Origin: an archaeon
GTDB lineage: Archaea > Aenigmatarchaeota > Aenigmatarchaeia > QMZP01 > JAFGSV01
DNA length: 64,000 bases
Direction of reading: 5' to 3'
NCBI GenBank assembly: GCA_028279705.1
Contig: JANQNF010000016.1
Location: forward strand, 1 to 64,000
The position numbers and the translations under genes were made by a program. The notes under the pieces were generated by a model. That model saw nothing but the letters and a program-made list of their open reading frames with translations. It was not told the origin of the DNA and ran no database searches. Shown in pieces: positions 9,363 through 18,479 of the stretch; position 1 is the first letter of the stretch, and every line of letters begins with the position of its first letter.

Positions 9363-9621
9363 CGTGAATTTCTCTCGTTCTTTCCAATACTACAGGGATT
9401 TCTTCCGGCAAATTGGAGTCTAGGTCCATGTTGGCGATTATACGCAGTCTACGGTAGAACGTATACTTAGGTTTGGTTGACCTAAGTATAGATTTTACCT
9501 CATTCCACAAAGACTCGGGCTCGTCTTCTTCGAAAGGAATGAAAGATGCTTTGTCATTCAAAGTGTTGCGTACTTCGTAGCAAAGCAACCCATTGACCTT
9601 TAGTTGGCGGACTTGTATCAT
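9355..9621 (-). CDS. hypothetical protein
   Basis: internal Met start (MIQVRQLK) chosen because upstream part of ORF covers terminator hairpins and a small membrane peptide gene in another frame. Confidence 0.4.
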   Translation of the reverse strand: MIQVRQLKVNGLLCYEVRNTLNDKASFIPFEEDEPESLWNEVKSILRSTKPKYTFYRRLRIIANMDLDSNLPEEIPVVLERTREIHDE

Positions 9622-9782
9622 CGCATAAAGAAAGCCCAAGCTAGGAGGAAAGCACCAAAGAATGCTAGTCCACCCAGATGGGGTTCGTTCATGTTTTCGT
9701 AGCTGATGGCTACAGAGATTAATGCAGCGCCAATCCACAGCAATGCATTTAGCAGAAATTTCTTCATAGCATCTCTCTAAAA

Positions 9783-9815
9783 TTAGAAAGGGGGAGCCTT
9801 TCGGCTCCCCCAATA
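9783..9815 (-). terminator. putative intrinsic terminator
   Basis: GC hairpin GGGGGAGCC-UUUC-GGCUCCCCC followed on minus strand by UUUCUAAUUUU. Confidence 0.45.
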
Positions 9816-9912
9816 GGGCGCTTAGCGCCTCCACCACTCGGTTTTAAGTTCCGAGAAACTGGGCCTGCCGAATATCGGCAGGGTCCACCACTGAGTTTAT
9901 AGTTCTCAGAAA

Positions 9913-10905
9913 CTACTTGCCGGTGAGCCCGAGTTCGAGCAGTAGCGGCGAGTTGGAAGGCAGAATACGGATGTTGGCGAAGTTCTGCGCGAGAATCGGC
10001 AGGGCTTCGGCCTTCTTGCGACGTTCGTACAGTTCGACGTCGAACGTCATTGCGTCCTTGGCCTCCTGTAGCTTTCTCGCAGCATCGGCTTTAGACTGGG
10101 CGATGGTGACCTGAAGCTGTGCTTCGGCAGCTTGGTCCTCACGACGCTTGTCGTTCGCCAGCTTCTTGTTGGCCTCGGCAACGATTGCAGCTTCAGAGAC
10201 AACTTGGTCGTCGATAGCCGCCTGAATCTTCGCGTTGTCGTAGGTTAGACCCTCGGACGAGCCGAACTGGGTAATGGTGATACCCATGACTTCGTACTCA
10301 GCGATAAGGGCCGTCTTGGCCGCCTTGAAGATGGTCGTCTTGGACTTCTTGCAGTCTTCCAGATTCAGCTTGCCGAAGGCGTCGGATACGAGAGACAGCG
10401 CCGTGCTGCGAATCGGTCCGTCGATGATATCCTCCAACTGCTGACCACCGAAGTAGTACAGGAAGCGGGCGGTGTCCTTTTCGTCGATGCGCGCCTGAAT
10501 GGTCGCACCAACGCCGAAACCAACCGAGTCGAGAGACTCGACGTGTAGCTTCTGGAAGGCTTCGCTTGTGCCGCTGTCCGAATCGTCGGTCCACTCTCTG
10601 TGGACGGGCGCTCGTGAAATCCTGATGACACGAGCGGTAGGAATCCACTCGTAGCTGAACCATGCGCGGCCAGTGCTACGCTTGCGCTGCGGAAGGATGA
10701 TTCGCTTTGCGCCGACCTTCTTCTCTTCAAGAAACTCGATGCTCTCGAACTTGGCCTGACCGCTCTTCGTGTCACCTTCCAGCTTGATGAGGAAAGCGGT
10801 CTCGTCGGGCTCGACTTCGACGGCCTTCTCCACCTGATAGGCACCACAGCCTACCGAAGTCACCGCAAAGATAGCGATGACGAGTGAAAGTAGAAACTTT
10901 CGCAT
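9913..10905 (-). CDS. SPFH/band-7 domain lipoprotein
   Basis: 330 aa; signal peptide with lipobox VGC; central SPFH-like region and long Ala/Glu/Lys-rich coiled coil; locally high GC; AGGAG SD 12 nt upstream. Confidence 0.7.
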   Translation of the reverse strand: MRKFLLSLVIAIFAVTSVGCGAYQVEKAVEVEPDETAFLIKLEGDTKSGQAKFESIEFLEEKKVGAKRIILPQRKRSTGRAWFSYEWIPTARVIRISRAPVHREWTDDSDSGTSEAFQKLHVESLDSVGFGVGATIQARIDEKDTARFLYYFGGQQLEDIIDGPIRSTALSLVSDAFGKLNLEDCKKSKTTIFKAAKTALIAEYEVMGITITQFGSSEGLTYDNAKIQAAIDDQVVSEAAIVAEANKKLANDKRREDQAAEAQLQVTIAQSKADAARKLQEAKDAMTFDVELYERRKKAEALPILAQNFANIRILPSNSPLLLELGLTGK

Positions 10906-10925
10906 TTTTCTGTCTGCTCCTAAAT

Positions 10926-11189
10926 TTAGGCGTTCTTAACGGGAACGAGCTTCCGGTATACGACCGGAGCCCAGAGGCAAATTAGCCAGAGCGCCATCAG
11001 GGCGAGCACGTAGCCCGAGTAATCCCGTGACGCAACACGAGCGACACCATACTCCAAGTCACCACCGTTAAGCTGGTCAACTGCGAGGTCGGCCTGCTCT
11101 TGCGGCATGAAGTTGTTGTACACGCTCATGAAGAATGCCGTAACCAGAACAATGGCTACGGTCCAGAAGATACGTCTGCGATTTGTCAT
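10926..11189 (-). CDS. small membrane protein
   Basis: internal Met start MTNRRRIFW; two hydrophobic helices. Confidence 0.45.
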   Translation of the reverse strand: MTNRRRIFWTVAIVLVTAFFMSVYNNFMPQEQADLAVDQLNGGDLEYGVARVASRDYSGYVLALMALWLICLWAPVVYRKLVPVKNA

Positions 11190-11193
11190 TGTT

Positions 11194-11586
11194 TTAAAAC
11201 TCAACTGGGTCAAAGATACAGACCACATCTCCTCTAGAGATGGTGAATTCTGCAATAGGTAGTTCGGATAGACTGCGGGTATCATCCTTATGAAGGATAG
11301 GAATAGCCCTGACCTTCGTCACTACTTTTTGTCGATACCGACCTTGGAAGTAGCTACTCGTATTAACGATACGAGTGATGATGAGATTAGGCTCACCGTG
11401 CAACTCCACGATATGACCAATCAACTGACCATTACATAGTTCTGCATCAATGAACTCATATATTGGTTCGTAGACTGTCTCACCGAATGGGAGTTGGACG
11501 CGAAAGTCGTCCTTACAAATTGCTCGGTAGCCTAAAGCTTCTTGAATAGACAAAGGCTGTCCGCTTGATGTAATTCTAGGAAGCAT
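11194..11586 (-). CDS. hypothetical protein
   Basis: 130 aa ORF. Confidence 0.5.
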   Translation of the reverse strand: MLPRITSSGQPLSIQEALGYRAICKDDFRVQLPFGETVYEPIYEFIDAELCNGQLIGHIVELHGEPNLIITRIVNTSSYFQGRYRQKVVTKVRAIPILHKDDTRSLSELPIAEFTISRGDVVCIFDPVEF

Positions 11587-11968
11587 GTCCTAAGACACAC
11601 ATTATCTCTTCACGTTGGATGTTGTCATAGATGATAGTAGGCGTCATTCTACTTTGAGAACGATTAATCCGTTTGACGTTGATATACTCCAACGCTGGAG
11701 TTTGTTGACTGCTTATTTGCCCAATGAGCAGCTTACCCGTACGCTCAGAAATGTAGATGATATGCGCTCCGGGCGTAATCAATCCAAACATTTCGTAATG
11801 CGGACGAAAAGGCTTCATCACACCGTGTGACTTTAAGTAAACGATGAAGCGGCGGCCACGCTCGACGAAGTATTTTAACCCTTCGTCTTCAGCCATACAG
11901 GCGATACAGAGCGGGCTCTTTGGGCTAGATGCGTCTTCAGAACAAAGAGCGCACTTTCTATTAGCCAT
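11576..11968 (-). CDS. zinc-ribbon protein
   Basis: 130 aa; N-terminal CALC...CIAC. Confidence 0.5.
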   Translation of the reverse strand: MANRKCALCSEDASSPKSPLCIACMAEDEGLKYFVERGRRFIVYLKSHGVMKPFRPHYEMFGLITPGAHIIYISERTGKLLIGQISSQQTPALEYINVKRINRSQSRMTPTIIYDNIQREEIMCVLGHAS

Positions 11969-11978
11969 AAGGTAGGAG

Positions 11979-12053
11979 TGGTACCCCGCCTAGGAGTCGA
12001 ACCCAGATTCTCGGTTTAGAAGACCGATGCCTTATCCATTAGACGAACGGGGC
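11979..12053 (-). tRNA. tRNA-Arg (TCT)
   Basis: minus-strand cloverleaf GCCCCGU...CGGUC-UUCUAAA-ACCGA...GGGUUCGACUCC...ACCA; anticodon UCU. Confidence 0.8.
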
Positions 12054-12641
12054 TTATTTGAATGCTGAAGGTAGTTCCTTCTTTAGTCTCGACAATACAG
12101 CAACCATCGAGCCGATGCCATTGCCCTTATCATCAAAGACGTTTCTAACGAGAAGCTTTTTGAAAGCATCGCCGTCAAGTTCTGCTTCCATCAGTGCTTC
12201 TGCGATTTTCCTGTTTTCTCTCTTAGCTACTACTTTATCGAGGGTGTTCCCGTGCTTCAACTTACATCTAATAATAGATAGAATGTAAGTCATTCGCAGG
12301 TACTTGCCAACGAAATGAGACCCAAACTCGATATAGAGCAGATAGCGTTGGCCTTTGACCCTAAAGACCTTGGTTTTCTTTCTTACGTTCTTCTCGATGC
12401 TGCGGAGTCTTGCTCTGATTGCACGCACCGAGTTTTGGTCGATAGGATTGTTACCCGTCTTGATTAGAAGGCCCTTCTGGCCATCTCTAACCCAACCGGC
12501 AGCCAATTCTTTACATGTACTTGTTTCTCCGGTCTGCGGACAACCCCACATGAATGTATTTTCATATGGGTTTTCGGAAAACTTATTTCTGAAGTAGACG
12601 CTGTTCGAGAGGTCTTTCAGAATTTTGATGTTCTGTTTCAT
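12054..12641 (-). CDS. hypothetical protein
   Basis: 195 aa ORF lying exactly between two tRNA-Arg genes. Confidence 0.5.
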   Translation of the reverse strand: MKQNIKILKDLSNSVYFRNKFSENPYENTFMWGCPQTGETSTCKELAAGWVRDGQKGLLIKTGNNPIDQNSVRAIRARLRSIEKNVRKKTKVFRVKGQRYLLYIEFGSHFVGKYLRMTYILSIIRCKLKHGNTLDKVVAKRENRKIAEALMEAELDGDAFKKLLVRNVFDDKGNGIGSMVAVLSRLKKELPSAFK

Positions 12642-12650
12642 TTAACGAAG

Positions 12651-12726
12651 TGGTATCCCTGCGAGGACTCGAACCCCGAACTTGGCTTTAGGAGAGCCAC
12701 GCGATATCCTGTTTCACCACAGGGAC
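12651..12726 (-). tRNA. tRNA-Arg (CCT)
   Basis: minus-strand cloverleaf GUCCCUG...UGGCU-CUCCUAA-AGCCA...GGGGUUCGAGUCC...CCA; anticodon CCU. Confidence 0.8.
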
Positions 12727-12865
12727 AGAGTATCTATTATACCCAAAATTGAGCAGAATTTACAAAACTGCTGCGATAAAAGCCACAATACCTACAATTA
12801 GAAGAAACGGGATTAGGATGGCGTTAAGTCGGTCTAAATCACGTCCCCAACATGGGTTAGTGGCT

Positions 12866-13282
12866 CTAGTCCCAAAACGCTCCGAAGTACGGGTTGTACT
12901 CCTCGTCGTCTTCTTCAAAATATTTCTCCACTAACTTCGGGTTGACTCGCCTAAGTAGGCACGGTATTCTGCTCTTTGGCATACACGCCAGTTTTGCCGG
13001 AGTTCGGCCGTCGTGACATGGCAATTCTTCTACTTCGTAGTGCATGTGACCTTTGGTATCACCCCTACCTTCGTAGATTAGAGATTCGCCAGTGATTTTG
13101 CAAATCGACGCCTGCATCCAACGCTGGTCTCCCCGAATGACTGCACAGAGGTACCCTAGGGCAATCTTCGAACCGTACATTGGTCGGAAGTATCCCTGCT
13201 CCGCTTCAACCCAAATTAAAAAGTCTTCCCCTCTTAGGAGTTTAGCGGCGAGTACCTCTCTATTAGCTTTTTTCTTTTTCAC
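12866..13282 (-). CDS. hypothetical protein
   Basis: 138 aa ORF. Confidence 0.5.
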   Translation of the reverse strand: MKKKKANREVLAAKLLRGEDFLIWVEAEQGYFRPMYGSKIALGYLCAVIRGDQRWMQASICKITGESLIYEGRGDTKGHMHYEVEELPCHDGRTPAKLACMPKSRIPCLLRRVNPKLVEKYFEEDDEEYNPYFGAFWD

Positions 13283-13641
13283 GGGTGGTATGTGAAGAAC
13301 AAACCATCGGTTTGCTCATCCACATCGAGACGGGCGGTAGCAGAGCTTTCCTGCTCCCAGTAGCTCTCGTTGACAACGTACATTTCCGCTTCAACGAGTT
13401 CCTGACCCGTATCTACCTCTACCTTCTCACGTCGATAGAAACTGGGCGCACCCTCAATCATATCGAATCGTGTGATGGTATCATCGTCTACGAAGATAAG
13501 CTCTCCGCAGATGTTGTGTCCTTCGTTTGAAGGAATGGCTGCCGGGAAAGAACCCATGTCGATGAGTCGGAAACCCTTGACAGTGCCTTTCTCGGCGTTT
13601 TCACGGCCTTTCAAAATGCCGTATACAAAGACGGGATTCAT
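13279..13641 (-). CDS. gamma-glutamyl cyclotransferase-like (AIG2/GGCT family) protein
   Basis: 120 aa; N-terminal VFVYGILKG matches the FVYGTL signature of AIG2-like fold. Confidence 0.65.
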   Translation of the reverse strand: MNPVFVYGILKGRENAEKGTVKGFRLIDMGSFPAAIPSNEGHNICGELIFVDDDTITRFDMIEGAPSFYRREKVEVDTGQELVEAEMYVVNESYWEQESSATARLDVDEQTDGLFFTYHP

Positions 13642-13643
13642 GT

Positions 13644-13961
13644 CTAGTTCTTCTTTAGAATTTGCTGTAGTAACTCCCGATTAGGAGTCAGGGAGTCGAT
13701 ATAAGAAGCCGCGGCGAAGCCGAGGCAAATCAGCACGATAATGACCGCAACAATCTTGATGCCGTTGTAGTCGTTATCGTCGGTTTTCTTTACGATGTAG
13801 TTTGAGAACCACCAACCGAAAATCAGCATGAATACTGCAAAAGCTGCAAATGCAATTGCGGTAGCGATATCCGAAAGGTGCTGTTCTTTGGCTAGGACGT
13901 GCCAACCTGATTCGGCTTTTTCACCAACTTGTCTAAGAAACTCAGCTAGTTTTTCATCCAT
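13644..13961 (-). CDS. membrane protein
   Basis: 105 aa with two TM helices. Confidence 0.45.
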   Translation of the reverse strand: MDEKLAEFLRQVGEKAESGWHVLAKEQHLSDIATAIAFAAFAVFMLIFGWWFSNYIVKKTDDNDYNGIKIVAVIIVLICLGFAAASYIDSLTPNRELLQQILKKN

Positions 13962-15030
13962 CTCTCAGTCTCGAACGGACAACCCGAAAAATGTGATGCC
14001 GAATATCGTGTCCGTCTAGCAGCGAGAACATGGCGCTGCGGAAATCCGGCTCGATGTTTTTGTTCACCTCAAATGCGAAATCGCGGCGGGAGCCGCCAGC
14101 CATATGTTTGACGGACTCCCATGCCGCCATTATCTGTCGCTCGATATCCCACAACATTGCACGAAGCTGAGCGTAGATATCGTCGAACTGTACCTGTAGT
14201 TCCTTCGGAAGTGAGAGTAGAACAGACCTATACTCTCCACCTTCCACCATATCCAGAATCTTTTTCTGGCTGCGCATATCGAGCGCCTTATGGATACGGA
14301 GGTACCACGGGTTCTTGATTTTTACTCGGAAGCCGCAGTCCCAGCGGCATACGAAGCCTTCCGTTCCCTCTTCGAAAGGCATCTCTTCGATTTTATCGTA
14401 GCCGTTCGTCTTGAGAATCATAGTGCCGAACTTCTTCTCATTATAGACGCGACGGGGTTCCATCCCCATCTGGTCGGCTAGAATCGGAATGCGACCGGCA
14501 GGCTGCTCTTGGCCCGTGTGCTTGTTACGCACAGCAAGCAGCCTAAGACCTTCGAAGTCACCGTAGTCTACCACAACCCTGTTGGCCGGGTAGATGATTT
14601 CCGTCATGATGGTATCGTTCGGGTCCATCTTGGAGAAATCATATCGCGGCAGTAGAATCTCTCTGGCATAGTTGGCTTGGTCTGATTCCAAACTGCCCTT
14701 TGTTGAGACATTCCACTGACCGTTGTGGAAGAACACCACGCCCAATGAACCGTCGAGCTTTTCTTCGGCTACATACCGGCCTTCCGGTAGATTCTTGGGT
14801 TCGGTCTCCGACCGCTCAAACAAGTTGAAAAACTTGTCAAAGGGCCGCGCAACGATGTTGCCATCTGCATCTAAGATTAGACCACGAGCCATGCGCGTGG
14901 TGGCATTCCAGATACGGTTGACGACAGCGTTCTGTGTGTACACGTAGATGAATAGGTCACCGAACCGACGTTCGTAGACCAAATCATCCTTAGCGGCGCG
15001 TCGGAGTTGATTTTGGAGAGGTGTGCTCAT
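13954..15030 (-). CDS. ATP-dependent RNA ligase (Rnl-like nucleotidyltransferase)
   Basis: 358 aa; motif I VAEEKLDGS (KxDG), motif IV EGFVCR, motif V KIKNPWY; order typical of RNA/DNA ligase nucleotidyltransferase domain. Confidence 0.75.
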   Translation of the reverse strand: MSTPLQNQLRRAAKDDLVYERRFGDLFIYVYTQNAVVNRIWNATTRMARGLILDADGNIVARPFDKFFNLFERSETEPKNLPEGRYVAEEKLDGSLGVVFFHNGQWNVSTKGSLESDQANYAREILLPRYDFSKMDPNDTIMTEIIYPANRVVVDYGDFEGLRLLAVRNKHTGQEQPAGRIPILADQMGMEPRRVYNEKKFGTMILKTNGYDKIEEMPFEEGTEGFVCRWDCGFRVKIKNPWYLRIHKALDMRSQKKILDMVEGGEYRSVLLSLPKELQVQFDDIYAQLRAMLWDIERQIMAAWESVKHMAGGSRRDFAFEVNKNIEPDFRSAMFSLLDGHDIRHHIFRVVRSRLRDG

Positions 15031-15126
15031 TGTCCAGTTTACGCCAGTATGGATGCATACTTTCCACTACTCGGCGCGTTGCTCTTTTCTTTTGTACTTT
15101 CTCGAAGTACAGGTCTCTATATCTTC

Positions 15127-15366
15127 TTACCACCGAATTGTCACCCTGTGAAGTCTTCCTTTGAAGATTTGCTCGGTGACGTCGAATCCGTCTTCTTTCA
15201 GTTGAGACACAGCGCGAGCACCATGTTTGTACTCGTCACCAAGAAAATCGTGCTCGTAAGTATTACTAGCACTACGACCTTTGCGCAGGCGAAGCTGGTC
15301 GTAGACCTTTTTCATGGCGATTTCAAAACTATCGCCACGCATTTCTGCTGCGGTGATGCGACTCAT
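15127..15366 (-). CDS. hypothetical protein
   Basis: 79 aa; start overlaps stop of upstream peptide gene (ATGA). Confidence 0.45.
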   Translation of the reverse strand: MSRITAAEMRGDSFEIAMKKVYDQLRLRKGRSASNTYEHDFLGDEYKHGARAVSQLKEDGFDVTEQIFKGRLHRVTIRW

Positions 15367-15486
15367 TCGTCACCCTTTTTGGAATTACCACCTTTGATGG
15401 CTTGGATTAGATAAGCCAAAGCTGGAATTCCGAAAAGCGCCATAATGACGATGAACTTGATTAAGTCGTTCATATCTTCAAACATT
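15362..15486 (-). CDS. small hydrophobic peptide (about 41 aa)
   Basis: MFEDMNDLIKFIVIMALFGIPALAYLIQAIKGGNSKKGDE; start overlaps stop of HD/kinase gene (TAATG) and stop overlaps next start; coordinates approximate. Confidence 0.3.
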
Positions 15487-16498
15487 ACGCAGTCCTCGTG
15501 ATTTCTACATCGTCGAAACCTTCTGAAGTCAGTTTCTTTGCGACGTGTTCATCATCTGCAATTTTACCAAGCCCAGCTACCAAGTCTCCATGGAACTGGA
15601 CGAGAACTTTATCTGGAATGAGCAGTCGATGCCGGTGAGGCTTCCCGTGCTCATCTCTATTTCTCTGAATGCACACTTCAAGTGGAGCGTACACCAAGTG
15701 AGCTTTGACGGTGATGCCGGGGAACTCTTCCCTCAACCACTCCAGCATGTCCCGTCTACGCCTGACGGTGTTGTGACAGTTGTCAACGACGATGCCTTGT
15801 CCTCGACCCAGTCCCATTCGAATGTGCTGGCGCTGTACTTTAATTGCCGAGTTTTCCTGATGACGCCATTGACCCGGACCAATACCGAGAACTTCTCGGA
15901 TATCATCCCGGCTTGTACGTTCGAAGCCCGGCTTCCACCACTCACCGTAGTCTCGACTGGCGTCAACGATGGCTTTACTCATGGTGGATTTACCAGCCGC
16001 TTGAATGCCAACCATCAGGATGACCTGATTTCTTCTCGGGTCGAGTTCGTCTAGCGTAGCGTAGATTTCGTCCCACGGCATGTGCTTGCCGTCTTCCCTG
16101 CGTCCCGCGTGGTCGTAGTTGTTGAGTCTCATCAACTCGTCAAACCATTCGTGCTGTTCCAAGTCTTTGCGCTTGTGAGCACGCATTTTGCCCGACGTAT
16201 AATCGTAGGGCTTCATGTGGTTCTCAACCAACCACCTAACTTTAGGCGGAACATCATCGGCAATCATCAGCGCACCGCGATAGGCGTGTTGAGCCCACGC
16301 ACGGGCATCGTTTTTATTCTTGCCGATATCGTGCAGTAGGGATGCGAAGATAACATCCCATGTATCACTAGCTTCGATAGCTAGAGTGGTCACCTGACCC
16401 AGATGGTTTTTCACATTGGGCTCAGGGTGAAACTCTTTTTTAATGTCGGCGTAGTTTGCGGTGTTGTCCACCATACGCCGCAGTCTAGCGGAAATCAT
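15485..16498 (-). CDS. HD-domain phosphohydrolase fused to P-loop polynucleotide kinase-like domain
   Basis: 337 aa; N-terminal HD motif LLHDIGK; C-terminal Walker A GIQAAGKST; an end-healing architecture (phosphoesterase + kinase) next to RNA ligase. Confidence 0.7.
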   Translation of the reverse strand: MISARLRRMVDNTANYADIKKEFHPEPNVKNHLGQVTTLAIEASDTWDVIFASLLHDIGKNKNDARAWAQHAYRGALMIADDVPPKVRWLVENHMKPYDYTSGKMRAHKRKDLEQHEWFDELMRLNNYDHAGRREDGKHMPWDEIYATLDELDPRRNQVILMVGIQAAGKSTMSKAIVDASRDYGEWWKPGFERTSRDDIREVLGIGPGQWRHQENSAIKVQRQHIRMGLGRGQGIVVDNCHNTVRRRRDMLEWLREEFPGITVKAHLVYAPLEVCIQRNRDEHGKPHRHRLLIPDKVLVQFHGDLVAGLGKIADDEHVAKKLTSEGFDDVEITRTA

Positions 16499-16888
16499 CT
16501 AGTCTATTCCTAGCGCATCCCTCTCTTCTTCAGAGAGCTTATCTCTTCCTTGTTTGGCCAGCTTTTGCCGATTTGCTTCTTCGGCTTCTTCTCTTTCTCT
16601 CTTCCTATCGGCTTCTTGGTGCTCGTCCCACCAATCAGCTACTTTGCGCATGTTCTTATCCCTGCCGTCATAGATAATGACTTCGGGTGTGCCCTTACAC
16701 AAGCCGCACAAGGCTGCCGTGATTTCGTCAGCGTGTTCTACGTTACCGTAGTTATCTTTGGCTGCTTTAGCGATAAGTTTCGGTACTGTGACACCTATCT
16801 TAGTTGCCAACAAAACGAAGCATTTGGCAGCCCTTTTACTTTCACGCTCCCTAGCGTTGGGCTCCAAGTAGTCAGAACGGCACGGCAT
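16499..16888 (-). CDS. hypothetical protein
   Basis: 129 aa, acidic/charged C-terminus. Confidence 0.5.
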   Translation of the reverse strand: MPCRSDYLEPNARERESKRAAKCFVLLATKIGVTVPKLIAKAAKDNYGNVEHADEITAALCGLCKGTPEVIIYDGRDKNMRKVADWWDEHQEADRKREREEAEEANRQKLAKQGRDKLSEEERDALGID

Positions 16889-16890
16889 GA

Positions 16891-17826
16891 TTACTCCTTC
16901 GGAGCATGGACTTTATCCATACTGTGTCCAATGCTGGGCTTGGCCAAATGCCCATTGCGTCTCATCCAATCTTGGACGAACCAGAGTTGACCACAACCGC
17001 CGCCGATATCGTCCTGACCGGCAGGGTCGAATACGCGCGTGTTGAAACCCAGAGCACGCATCTTTTCTTGAAAGTCAAGAGCCAACTGTCTCTGTCTTTC
17101 GTTGGCGGCTGCGACATTCTCATCACGCTCGCAAATGACAGAGATGGTTGATTCCCAGTGGTCGGGCGTGAACAGTTCAGCGAGACGCTCAGCGTCATCT
17201 TGACTGTTATTACCATCGTGAACGCAGTAGTTGAAGAACGGCTTGCGTCCGGTGGCCATAGCCCAATACATTCCTTCAATAGCCATTTCACCTAAAGTTA
17301 GTTTAGCTTCGAAAGGAATGAGTTTGTTGCGAGCTTCGTTCGTGGATTCGTGGACCGAGAATTGTAGGCCGATGGTGGGGATAGCTGCCGACAGCAGACA
17401 CAGGTCTTCGTAGATGGGTACTCGTGGCCCACTAGTGCTGATGAGCAGCGCCGCGTTCGGCCACAGCGCACTCAAGTAATGAATGGCCTTCTTCAAGTTA
17501 GGCCAATTCAAAAGCGGCTCACCCATGCTCATGAACATGATTTGTAAGCGTTTGATATCCCGCCCGCTCATGCCCGTGGCTTTGATAAGCTCTTTCGGCT
17601 GGTCGGCAATCTCTACTGCTGACAGATTGCGAACGAAGTTATCCCCAGCACCGCAGAAGCGGCACCCAACAGGACAGCCACTCTGCGTCGAACAGCAGAT
17701 TACCGTCCGTTCTTCATAGGTGGGGTATTTATACAGCACAGACTCAGCAACGGCATTCGGTGCTTCGAACACGTACTTTGCTACGTTCTGGTCTGAACTG
17801 TCAATCCGTCTAATATTAGTCCACAT
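16891..17826 (-). CDS. RlmN/Cfr-like radical SAM RNA methyltransferase
   Basis: start set at MWTNIRR; CSTQSGCPVGCRFCGAG matches RlmN CxxxCxxC radical-SAM cluster; C-terminal GGGCGQLW matches conserved RlmN C-terminal Cys motif. Confidence 0.75.
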   Translation of the reverse strand: MWTNIRRIDSSDQNVAKYVFEAPNAVAESVLYKYPTYEERTVICCSTQSGCPVGCRFCGAGDNFVRNLSAVEIADQPKELIKATGMSGRDIKRLQIMFMSMGEPLLNWPNLKKAIHYLSALWPNAALLISTSGPRVPIYEDLCLLSAAIPTIGLQFSVHESTNEARNKLIPFEAKLTLGEMAIEGMYWAMATGRKPFFNYCVHDGNNSQDDAERLAELFTPDHWESTISVICERDENVAAANERQRQLALDFQEKMRALGFNTRVFDPAGQDDIGGGCGQLWFVQDWMRRNGHLAKPSIGHSMDKVHAPKE

Positions 17827-17866
17827 GTTTCTGGTTCTGGCTGGCGGCGGTCGCCGCTGTGTTGAT

Positions 17867-18082
17867 TCAACAACAACAGTAGATACGCTTCTTGTGACAA
17901 AGCATACACTGTCTAAATTGAGATGGGTTGCATTTAGGGCAAGCGTGGTCAAACGGACCACATACAACGGGTCCACCGCACTTGGGACAGGGCTCTAGTT
18001 CCTTACCATATGTATCTTTATGGTGAGGATAATGGCATTTAGCCGAGTTCTTTTCTCCGGATGATGGTGTCGCCTTTGTCAT
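17867..18082 (-). CDS. Cys-rich small protein
   Basis: 71 aa with multiple CxxC pairs. Confidence 0.35.
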   Translation of the reverse strand: MTKATPSSGEKNSAKCHYPHHKDTYGKELEPCPKCGGPVVCGPFDHACPKCNPSQFRQCMLCHKKRIYCCC

Positions 18083-18479
18083 CTACTCCTCCGGTTCCGT
18101 GTGCTCCACGTCTTCCGCTGGGTTTGTCGTCAGGCTCAAACTTGAACTTCTGTTGTCCTACTTGCCTCTTCCATTCTTCACAGAAACCTAGGAGATTACC
18201 GTTGGTGAATGCACCTTGTAGGCAAGTGACTAGGTTGTTGAGCTTGCGGCGTTTGGTCTGTTCGCTTTCGAACTGACCTTTATATCGAGCAGCTTCGGAC
18301 TTCCACAGGTTGGACTGGCTGATTAATGACAGGCTGTTTTCTTGCAACTCATGAACGCGAGCCTGTAGCTTGTCGCGTGCTATGTCACGCCAGACCGACA
18401 TGACAATCCACCAGCAAATGATGCCGATTACAAAGCCTCCGGCTGCCCAAAGCATTTCAGGATTGGTCGTCATTAGCAA
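18039..18479 (-). CDS. membrane-anchored coiled-coil protein
   Basis: 146 aa; N-terminal TM helix then predicted coiled coil. Confidence 0.45.
   Translation of the reverse strand: MLMTTNPEMLWAAGGFVIGIICWWIVMSVWRDIARDKLQARVHELQENSLSLISQSNLWKSEAARYKGQFESEQTKRRKLNNLVTCLQGAFTNGNLLGFCEEWKRQVGQQKFKFEPDDKPSGRRGAHGTGGVDDKGDTIIRRKELG

Noticed and set aside
10298-10847. Alternate-frame ORFs inside the SPFH gene
   Set aside because: R/S/P-rich products of a GC-rich alternate frame; the SPFH frame has signal peptide and domain logic.
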